A stretch of DNA of 64,000 nucleotides from Chiloscyllium plagiosum. Taxonomy: Eukaryota. Of the stretch, positions 42,301-54,300 are shown piece by piece. The notes below the pieces were generated by a model that did no database searches, was not told the origin of the DNA, and saw only the letters and a list, made by a program, of their open reading frames with translations. A program made the position numbers and the translations under genes. The stretch is taken from assembly GCF_004010195.1 (NCBI RefSeq), contig NC_057756.1, positions 1,701,703 to 1,765,702 of the forward strand. Direction: 5' to 3'. The first letter of the stretch is position 1, and every line of letters starts with the position of its first letter.

Positions 42301-45300
42301 TACCTTAAACTAATGTATAGTCACTACCGTATCTCATTTGAATGTTTTTCCCCAGATAACTGTTTCTCGAAGTTTCATATTCACCAAAATGACTTCGAAT
42401 GTCAAATGGTGGTCCGTTCATCAAGCAAATTCCAATCTGAGTGTTTCATGCCACACCAGAAGAATATATGAAGGCCCACACACACCGACGCAAAGACAGA
42501 CAGACAGATAGACAGATAGGCAGACACACACGCACATACACGAGCGCACGCACACACATGATCGCACACACAGACACAACACACACACACAACACACGCA
42601 CACATACATTCTGAAAAAAATCATACACTTTGACAAGAAAGTACTTACCCATTCCTGCTAGATCTAGTCCATTATGGTCTGTACCTGTAAAACATATGTA
42701 ACTCATTAGCGACCATTTTTAAATCTCTGTGCTGGACCTATTTCAACGCACAACCTCGGCCAGACGTAGCCATGCACCCACAGTTAATTTCTCTCCAGAG
42801 ATTTTCTCTATTGAAATGATCAAACAACATTCAAACTTATGGTTTTCAGACAGCTGATGAAACTAATAAATCAAATGAAACCGTGAGCATACTGAATTGG
42901 AAAATCATACGCCCGGCAGGCTGACGTGAAAATGACAGGGAGCATTAAGGAACCACTTATCATTAATGGCCAGCTTTAGGCGAACTTTAACGAATGGCAA
43001 CTGCTTACTGGTAGCACATTGTCCTTCATGATGAATTTTGTTTTTTTTTTACCGATAATTACCTGTCACATTTTACAGAACACGACAATGTATTTGAATT
43101 TAAGAGCAAGAAAAACTGTCATATAAAGCAGAATGACATATTATGTCACAGTGGACACATTATTCAGGAAAGTGTGGGAACCCATTTGGCAATAATGTCA
43201 GCATGACATGATGATTCGAAAGAGTTGTTTTATTTTGCATTGTTATGACTAAAGTCACTGTCACAACTGATTTCTGTCTCTCCCTAACTCCTCAAAACTC
43301 TTACCACTGCAAATTGATCAGCAAATTTTTCAAGTGCTTTGGAATAAGGTACTTAGCCTCATTTCTGAAAATACTGCCATTGTTTTGACTTGAAGTTAAA
43401 CTGATTAAAATGCACTTCAATTTTCAAGGCATGTTTTCCTTCTCACATATCGGCACATTTTACTCCACATCTTGCTGACGTAGAGCATAATGAAATCGCG
43501 ACATATAATCCAACATGGGGTATTGTCAATTAATTAAACTGTAACCTACTGTAGTACTGAAATTGCAAAAGTAAGAAGCACTACACAATATTCTGACAGT
43601 GGAGTATAAATTTATCATACATCCAAAGTGTGCCTGATAGATTACTGAGTAAACATAATTCTGTAGTCAACAACTTACTGCACTTTTGCCGAAGAGCTTC
43701 TAATTCTGAAGTAAAGATAACGTTACCAGTTTTAAGCTTCGATATTCAAAGACGATTGCCACACCAAATTAGCAACTGTTGACCCAGTTCTATTCAAGTA
43801 AAATGAGAAAAACTATGCATTGTGAAGTCATTAACACCTTCTTAACTCTATGTTCCAAACATTATATTCTACAGCTTCAACCTGGACCTAGCCACATGTT
43901 CACCTTAGAGTTCACTACAGCATTATTCTCCATTGAAAAAAAAAGACTTGCAGCTGACAGTGAAGTGAATAAACTGATGTAATCAAATGATGACGTGAGC
44001 AAAGTAGATTTGGGAAAGAAAATGTATGGCACATAATGTGTAAATAACAAGGTAAATTAAATAACTACATTTTACAAAGTGGCTATTTTGGACTCACTTG
44101 CAAGTAATGAGAACTGCTGACTGGTAGCACAATATGCGACATGAGGGAGTCTCCTTTGTCAATGACAGCTGTGTATCACATTTACCCAACAAGGATATGT
44201 AGTTTAACGTAAGGGGAGTATGTCTGTCATATAAAATGAACTATTGTGTTACACTGCAAGAGTTAATAAGGAAAGGATAAATTGACTATAACGTTCTCAG
44301 ACTGTAATTTTGGTGGTGAAATTTTGTTGTTTCGGTGGAAGTGATTTTCCAATCCCCAAAGATAACAGTGAAAAACAATGCACAGATCTGAAAATAGTGC
44401 AAACAGAACCCAGATATAACACAATACCTTGACTCATAATACGACAAACAAGCAATGGAATAACACGGTTTTGGACCTATTTTCTTTCTTTGATTTACAT
44501 TAGTGAACATGCTAAATTCAATATTCAAAAAAAAAGTCCTCCCTGTGCAATTCTGCCAAAATAATTTAGGAAATCGTTGAGTATGCAGAAAGCATTTTCG
44601 TCATATTTGTGCGATGTAATATGTCACTTATGTGAGTTCAATGGATACTTATTTTTAAAATAACACGTTCACACCCTTCCACAATTTCTTATGCCATTTC
44701 CACAAGTTGACAGAAAGCATATAGCAATGTCATGTAATTAGCATTTTGATCAATTATTCCTATTCAAAAGAAGCAATTGCATTCCAATTAAATGTAACTG
44801 ATTAGGAACATTTTTAAAAATCCTGTTACTCACACAAAGACAGATACAAAAGAATGGCTATCGTAGTCCTCTCCCATAGGATGCTCAGAGATGGTCCTTT
44901 CGGCCGTGTTAAGTCTTGCTGTTCCTTGATCATTGTTCACTTGTTTTCAGGAGGCATCCAGTACTGATCACATTCATAATATATCTGACATACTTTTAAA
45001 AAGGCAAATCCTACAGCAACTTTTGAGGGAATAAGCTATCTCTCCGTGAGATTGCGACTGCTGCATTTTGTTTCTGCAGAAAAGAAATATAAAACCACCT
45101 TTTGTTTCCAGAGATCCAAGGGCTCTTGCTCAAGTATATAAACGCACAAACTATTCAGTTGCCTGGGAAGCAATGTCATAGTTGTTAACAACAGAAAGCG
45201 TATTGTCAGCGACAATGAATCACGGTTCTGCAGACTAATCAATTGTGTGCGAACAGCCAATTATCCACTTGGATAGATCTTTGCTGCAACTTCTATTCAA

Positions 45301-48300
45301 CCAGATTTCCAGAACTGCTTAGATAAATAACCTTGATCAGAAGAAAGCAATGAATGTTTTATAAACAAATGCAGAAAATGCTCGTAAAACTCAGCAAGTT
45401 TGGCATCATCTGTGGACAGAAATCAGCATTAAATGTTCAGCTCCAGTGACCCGTCCTTAGACGTGCCCTGAAGACTGGTCACTGGATCTAAAATACAAAC
45501 TCTGATTTCTGGCCACAGATACTTTCCGACCTGGTCAATTTTCCCAGAAATTTATGCTTCTGCTTCTAATTTTCACGATCTAACGTTCCTTCATTTAAAA
45601 AAAAAATCTTTTTACTATATAATATGATTTCACTACTTTGCTTCAAAATAACCAGTTTACGATTTCAGACTGTCGTGAAAAAAAAAACAGAAAATAAAAA
45701 ACGTTTATTTTGCACGAATTAAATGTTGAGGGTATATTCCAGAATTATTCTTTTCAATTGTGAAAGACCATGAAATATGAAGTGTCTACCTATCCTTTAA
45801 TTACTGGCATGCTATTGAAACTACCCGCTTGTTTAAGTTGCCACAAATCAAATAAATATATACAATTACACTTTTGAAAACCTAATTCATACAGCGCCTG
45901 GAATTTCCATCTCTCCAGGATTGGAGACTTGATGTCAGTGTATTCAAACGCCAAACATTTTCAATGACTTCACATCTTTGTACCCCGTTAATATATTTTT
46001 CGTATTACACATTTGTTTTGACCAATCTTTCTGGGAACAGCAATTCTAATTGCTACTTATGAGTTTTGTTGCACTTAAATTTGCACTGATCAAATCCTGA
46101 GGTATGTCATTGGCATCATAGGTTTCACAAACATCATTGAAATTGACATAATAACCAGTACGAAATCAACTAATCCTATCTCTTCCAAGTGAAGTATATT
46201 TAAGTGTGGATGGCAAAACGGTCCGAATGTATTAAAAATAATTAAAATGTTAATCACCTTACCATTTTTTGTATCGCTTAACAGTTTTTCTGCAGTGTCA
46301 GAATATTTAAAATATAGAATATAAAATTGACAGCATAAGGAAATTTTACAGTTGCTAGTGTAAGACTTATTTACGAAATTTGGGAAAAATGGCTATCGAA
46401 ATTGTTTTGTACGAACTTAGGTTTAACAAACTAAAGACAAAGTTTAACATCAATGAAGAGAGACTTTAGCTGTGAAACAATTTAAAATTTAGAGAATATT
46501 ACTTAGCCAACATACTCATCGCCAAAGTTCAACAACTGAAAATGCTAAAGTAATAATCTTCAGTATTCATCAAGAAAATGTTTTGCATGTGCTAGATTAT
46601 GGTGGTGAATTGAGCCTTAACACGTCCTTATTTCTGTTTCAATGTAATAATTTATTGAGCAGAATTGCAGCCATTGCTATACTTCGACTAAATTCAACGT
46701 CCATTGATTTAAATGTTTCACAGCGAAATGGAAAAACCGTAATTTTTTTGAGCATTTTTGATCTAAACTTGCATTTCAGAAACACAGTGATCCACACACG
46801 AATAGAAAAGCACATCGTGGAATTGAATATGTTTCTGAACAAAATATGAGCTGTGAAAAGTTTATGGAGAAGAATTATGGCAGTAAATCCTTGCAAGGAT
46901 TGATTTGTACAATCGTGCAAACATACTGATTACCGTCAGTAATAACAAATATCATTAACATTGGTAACGTGGTAGAATAATCAATTTCACGCATGGTTAG
47001 GATATTATTTAAATAAAACCAATGTGAGGAAATATAACTTGCTTGTAACTTATACGAATTGGCTCAGTTTGCCACCTGATATTACACCTTATAAAAGGAG
47101 ATGAGTGTGGCAAACCGAAGACCGCATGCTATTTCACCACAGACAAGGTTATCTAGCTCTTATAATCTCAATTTACAGCTTCTAACACAAAAGGCAGAAC
47201 GAAAGAAACAAACTAAGAAACCTTGCATACTAACAGACATATGAAAACGCCAAACCACGAAGTGGATTGTCGAAACAGACAAACAAGAAACAAAACAAAA
47301 AAAATCCTGATGATACTGCTACTCAAAGAGACATGTGAACACCAAATCAAATTTATAAGAAATGTTATAGGTACAAATAGGATGAAACCAAGAGCATGTC
47401 CTCACTTGCAAATGTTCTGTATGTATTTGTTAAGCTGAGCACTTTATGCATTAATACGTGCTATGGACAAGACCAGAGGTTCTCAAAATACATTAACAAG
47501 TGAGCCTGGACCATAGATGTATCTAACATTAAAGGCAGATATGAAGTGTACATTCTGGATGTGATGCAGTTGGTCAAACCACTTGAGTTTAAGCAAAACT
47601 AAATTTGTTTAGAATGAACAGGTGAAACCCAACCAAAATAATTCAGAAATTAAAAAAATCTAACGAACGGAGACCTTAACCAACCCGATGCAATAAATAC
47701 TACAAAGTAACCGTCCTAATAGAACCACAACACATAAAGTCACCCCTTTGCAAAAGGTTAAAATTCAGACACATTCTTACAGGCAGGAGGAAACAACTTT
47801 CAAAGAGAGATTTCAGAGAAAGGTTAGTGGAATCCTTTACTGTGGTTTGCATCTCCAGTGGATTCACACATATTTTGTCTGTCTCAGATAAACCAAGCTA
47901 CAAAAAACTGAACTGGGAGAACTAGGCACTCCCTTTTTGATTCTTCAGACCCTCTGCCATTACGACCTCTCTTGAAAAAAAAAGAAGGAAAAAATAATCT
48001 TTTAGAAGTGAAACCATTGTCACACACACTGGGAAGGTAACATACTTCGTATATACCTAACAATCAGTTATCTGTAAAAATACCAAGGTGGTTATGATAG
48101 AGGATTTAACTTTCCAAACATAGACTTGGAATGCCTTTGTGCGAAGGCTTTACATTGAGAGGAATTTGTTATGTGTGCACAAGATTTTTTTTATGATTTA
48201 GTCTGTGGATGCATTTACTAGAGAAAGTGCAAAACGTGAACTAATAAGGCAGAGCGAGTGACGGAGGTGTCAGTGGGACAGTACTTTCAGGGTCGCGACC

Positions 48301-51300
48301 ATTATTATATTAGTTTTAAAATAGTGATAGAAAAGGATAGACTGGATCTAAAACTTCCTGATTCGCAGAAAGAACAAATTTGAAAGTAATATGCAAGGGA
48401 CTTCAAAAGTTGATTTGGTGTGGATGTTCGCAGGTAAAGGGACGTTTTGAAAATCAAAATTCATCAAAAATGAAATAGACCAGAGACAGTGTGTTCCTGT
48501 TAGATTGAAAGACAAGTTTGCATTGTGCAGGGGATGTTGGATCACGAGAGAAATTGTGGATTGATCAAGAAAACGAGGTATGAATATGTCATGTATAGAC
48601 AGCAGAGATTGGGAGAATCCTTCGAAGAGTATAAGGCAATGGTAGTAAACTTAAGAGGGAAATCAGGAGGGCAAGAATGGAACATGACATAACTGTGGAA
48701 AATAGGAATAAAGAGAATGAAAAAGGAATTTGATAAATACATGAACAGCAAAAGGGTAACTAGGGAGGGAATAAGCCCCCCTCAAATGCCAGCAAGGCAA
48801 TAGTTGTGTAGAACTGCAAGAGATGGAGGAGATACTAAACAAGTATTTTTCATCAGTGTTTACAGTGAAGAGTGACATGGAAGACGTATAATGTGGGAAA
48901 ACAAATAGTGATAGCTTGAAAATGTCCATTTACAGAGGAGGAAGTGCTGGTTGCCTTAAAACGCACAAAGGTAGATAAATACCCTGGACCCGATCAGGTG
49001 AAACATAGAACTCTGTGGGAAGCGAGTGAAGAGAGTTTTGGGCTAGTTGTTGAGATGATTGGATCATCGACAGTCACAGGTAAAATCTGGAAGTTTGGAG
49101 GTTGACACCACTAGTTACGAAGAGTGGCAATCAAAACCAAGGGACCTATAGCTCATTGAACCTTACGTTGGTGCTTGAGAGGTTGTTGGAGAGAATCGCA
49201 AGAGACAGGATTTCCAAGTATTTGGAATGGCAAGGCCGAATTAGGTATAGTCAACATAACGACGTTCGTGGGAAATCATGTCTAACTAATTTGAGTCGGT
49301 TAAGAAGAAGTAACTAAGAACATTCAATGAAGGCAGAACGTTGATGGGATCCATATGGATTTCCAAGGCATTCCAAAATGTTCCTCATGGTAGAGTCGTT
49401 TGCGAGGTTAGATCACTTGGAATACAGGGAAAACTGGCATTTGGATACAGAACGAGCTCAAGGGTGGAAGACAGAGAGTGGTGTTAGAGGTTTCCTTTTC
49501 AGACTGGAGCCCTCTAAACATTTGTATGCCACAAGGATGGTTGCTGGGTCCACTGTATTTCGTCATTGATATAAATGATTTTAATGTGAACATGCGAGGT
49601 ATAGTCAGTAAGTTTGCAGTCGACTGCAAAACTGGAGGTACAGTCTGTAGTTTAATTTCGATAAATGTTAGGTGTTTCATTTTGTAAAGGCGAATCAGGG
49701 CAGAACTTAATGAATTGGGGAATATTGCTGAACAAAGAGACGTTCGAATGCGGGCCTATAGTCTCTTGAAAGTGGAGTTGCAGATAAATAGAATAGCAAA
49801 GAAGACGTTTAGTATGCAATCCTTTGTTGGTCAGAACATCGAGAATAAAAGTGGGGATGTCATTGTTGCTGCTGTACAGGTTGGTCAGTTTAGGTCACTT
49901 TTTGAAATATTCTGTACAATTCTGATCTCCCCCTATCGGAAGTATGTTGTGAAACTTGAAATGGTTCAGGTAAGGTTTGCAATGATTTTGCCAGGGTTAG
50001 CGGGTTTAAGCTATAACGAGAGGCTGAATAGGCTAAGGATGTTTTTTTCTTGCTGGAGCGTTAGAGACTGTGGTGTATAAATTCATGTGAGACATGGATA
50101 GGGTAAATAGACAATGCATTTTCCTTGGATGCGGGAGTCCAAACTAGACAGCACAGAGTCATAGACACGTGCAGCATGGCAACAGACCCTTCGGTCCACG
50201 CTGACCAGATATCCGAATCCAATCCAATCTCACCTGCCAGCACCCAGCCCATATCCCTCCAAACCGTTCCTATTCAGATACCCATCCAACTGCCTTTTAA
50301 ATGTTGCAATTGTACCAGCCTCCACAACATACTCTGGCAGCTCATTCCATAAACGTACCACCCTCTGCGTGAAAAAGTTGCCCCTTAGGTCTCTTTTATA
50401 TCTTTCCCCTCTCAACCTAAACCTATGCCAGCTAGTTCTGAACTCCCCGACCCCAGGGAAAAGTCTTTGTCTATTTATCCTATCAATGTCCCTCATAATT
50501 TTGTAAACCTCTATAAGGTCACCCCGCAGCCTCCGACGCTCCAGGGAAAACAACCCCAGTCTGTTCAACCTCTCGCTGTAGCTCAAATCCTCCAACCCTG
50601 GCAACATCCTTGTAAATCTTTTCTGAACCCTTTCAAGTTTCACAAAATCTTTCTGATAGGAATGAGACCAGAGTTGCACGCAATATTCCAACAGTGGTCT
50701 AAGCAATGTCCTGTACAGCCGCAAAATGACCCCCCTACTCCTGTACTCGGAGAGGGGAAAAATTTAAAAGGAACCTAAAGGGCAACTTTTTCATGTAAAG
50801 ATGTTGATCGCATGGAATGAACTGTCAAAGGGTGTGGTGGAGACTGGGAATATTACACATCTAGAAGGTATCTAGATTGACACATGAACAGGAACTGTTT
50901 TGAGGGATATGGGTCAAGTGTTAGAAAATATCACTAGATTAGTTCAGAATATTTGAAAGGCACTAACGAATTGGACTGAACGGCGTGTTTCCATGCTGTA
51001 CATCCCTATGCCTCTACAAATCACGAACTCAAAACTGACTATCCGACTGACTATGGCAAGAAACGAAAACAGCAGAACACTCACTCTACCATCATCAGTT
51101 TTAGGTTTGTTGCTGATAGTTTTCAAGGACTATATTCTGTCGACAGAGTAGACCAGTGTATAAGGGTCTTCAAATAATTATTAATTGATGTTAATCATTA
51201 TCCAAAAAAAAGTAGACAGGTAATTCATTACAGGAGGACTCGAACCCGAGAAGTGCTCCTCATGCTGTATGTGAGAAATGAAAACATTTCCAGAATCAAC

Positions 51301-54300
51301 GGCAGCATTTGTGCGGGAAATATCTTCGACTGCAGCGCCTGAAACGCAGGCTTTCGAGCTGTATCAGCGGGTGGAGAAACCTGGGAGCACAGTGAGGCCA
51401 TACAGTGTCATTGACAGCAGACAGAGAAAGGTTAACACCGGGCATACTCGGAATCTACACGCAGAAATGATAATTGTCACAGTAAGAAGATTAATTATGC
51501 ACACCAGACATCGTGTACTGCAATTCGTCTGCAGAATAGACACACTGATATGATATTTTGAGTGGAATGATCTCTCAGGGGAATACAGCATCACAATTGT
51601 TAGCACCACAATTAGCTGTACTGCAGACGGCGAAGAGCTTCAAGGCAGACGAGATGACCCGGGGGTTGAAGTGAGAGAGAGAATTATTTTGATCCTTGTA
51701 GAGAGAGGAGGATAACTTCTTCAAGGTAGGAGTCCTTGGAAGTGGATTCGCAGCCAGGAGGAGTAAACCATGTAGGAATGTAATAGACATCGGGTTTTAA
51801 TTGTTCGGCGAATATACATTCATCTCTGTGACGATAAATGAGATTCCAGGATAGTAAGTTGTCGCCTGATTCAGGACAGAATAATGTCTCGGGAAGCTAC
51901 TGCAAATGTTGAAGGAATAGGGTGAATGCCCAATAATTATAGTACACAATCGAATGAAATACAGACAGTATTGGTATAAATGAAGATAGGAAGCAAATTA
52001 TAAGGTAGAACATCAAGATGGCGACAAGATAATTGAAAACAAGCTGACGTGCTCCACAGAGCAGTCAGAGCAGGACAAAATGATATTGTGGTTACAGTGA
52101 TGGTGCAAATGAGGAGAGTATCAAATTTCAATGGCATTGTCAATGACTCTGGGGCAGTTGGGATCTTTCCAGTATTAAATTGGAAAGACTGCAGAAGAAA
52201 TTGATAAGTATTTTGTTGTGACTCAAGAGACTGCTGCTTCGGGAGAGTTTGGATAAACTAGAAAATTTTTGGTCCAAGCATAGGAGAACGTGGGAGCGGG
52301 GGAGGGGGTGGGTGGGTGAGTGGAGGTATCAAAGAGAAGTATGTGAGATCATGACAAATATTGAAAGGATGAATGCACACAATCTTTTTCCAAGGGTTGG
52401 GGAATCAAGAAGTAGAGAACATCAATTTAAGATAATAAAGGAAAGAATAAATCAGAATGTGACGGTCTTTTTTCAAACAGAGGGTGATGTGACTATGGAA
52501 TGAGTTGACAATGGATGTTGTTGAGGCTGCCGCATTATCAACACTTAAAAATGTACTTTTAAACATCCATGGAAACGAATGTTTTCGAAGGATATGGGCC
52601 AAGTGCAGCGAAATAGGTTCCGTGTTAATGGTTATTTTGTTCGGCATGGATGAGTTTTGCCTCCATTCTGTAAGACCTCGTGCATAAAAATTAAAAGGTT
52701 TCACTAGGCAGGACAAGAAGTCAGATACCAGCTGGGAAATTTGCGACACAATTGGGTGAGTCTTTACAAGAAAAAGGCAGGGGAATGGGGAACCTTATCA
52801 TGGAGTGTGAGGGAAAATAATCAAGTACTTGGAGAAAATAAAATAAAAAGAATTGACAAATTCATGAAGGTTCATGACTAAATATAGAGAGTGTGAAATT
52901 CATGTCAGCATTTCAAGTAGCTTAAAAAATTTAGGGATGTATACCTTAATGCTCAGAACATTCACAATATTATAAGAAAACCAAAAGAATATATGTTTGG
53001 AATTATGGAGAACATCGTACACAATGATGAGGGATGAGAAATTAACATCCGGATTTATTTAGCTGTGATGAAGAATGGACGAAAACCTTTTTTAAAAAAG
53101 CAGTTTTTAGGCAGCTTTGGTAAATTGATGACTTGTAAGCAGATTAAAACTTTAGGGAAGAAGGATGTTAGCTCGGAATATATGGGAATCGTACTGCTAA
53201 ATGAGAGAAAAAAAATTAAGAGTCAACAAAAGTGTTATTCATGCATAGAATTCCAACTGTATGGAAACAGGCTATTTGGCCCAAAATTCCACACCGACCC
53301 TGCAACGAATAACTCACTGAGAACTATTCCTCTACATTTACTCCTGATGAGCACACTCAGACTACAGATCCCTGGACATTATGGGCAAATCAACATAATC
53401 AGTTCACCTAACATGCACAGCTTTGGACTATAGGTGGAAACACACACAGACACGGCTCGACTGTGCAAACTCCACATAGACAATTATTCTCGGTTGGAAT
53501 CCAGCTCTGATCCCTCGAACTGTGAAGCAGCAGTGGCTAGTCACTGCGTCACCTACCATGGACAGCATACTGCCGAAGTGATATTAAGAACGACAGTAAT
53601 CAGGAATTTAGAAGTTAGAATTTCAAAAAATGGATATATTTAATTATGGGTGACGTTGATCTGCATAGATGGGGAAAACAAAATTGCTGATACTTGAAGA
53701 ACACAGAGCAATTCTGTGGGAGACTGCATTATGTTAGAGAACGGACGATTCAGCATTGATACTGGGGTCACAGAGTCAATTGGGATTAGTGTAATGAGAA
53801 ATTATTTATAATCTAACTGCGTCAGGTCATTTCTGAATAAGTAAACATTGTATGCGAGAAGTCTCATCAAGATGGAGAATAACTGATGGATAGAGTCCTA
53901 AATCCAAACAAAAGAATTTGCAATGTTAGGAGGTACAATTTCCAATGATATATTAGTGATCATTACTGAAACTAAGAGCAGAGAAAATGCAATGGCAATT
54001 GTTTGAAAGAGTCTCAGTGAATTGCAACATCAGTTATTCCACTCTGGTACAAAAGTAAAACAGGAGAGATGCCACACAATCGCTTACATCAGAAATTAAA
54101 GTCATTTTTAGATCCAAGGCAGAGGCTTACAACTTGTAAAACGAATAGAAAAATAAAGATGCAACTATTGAGAGCAGTATAGAATGTAGAAAAAAAGAAC
54201 AGAGATTGATTAAGAAGGGGAATAAAGCACACGAAAATGTTTGCAGAGATGATAAAAACAGATCATAAAACTTTCTACAGTTATGCGGAAAGAAAAAGGA

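Noticed and set aside
47089..47098. TATAAAAG as a plus-strand promoter
   Set aside because: No supportable downstream gene structure.
46782..51440. CACAGTG heptamers as possible V(D)J recombination signals
   Set aside because: No nonamer at 12 or 23 spacing and no V or J segments nearby.
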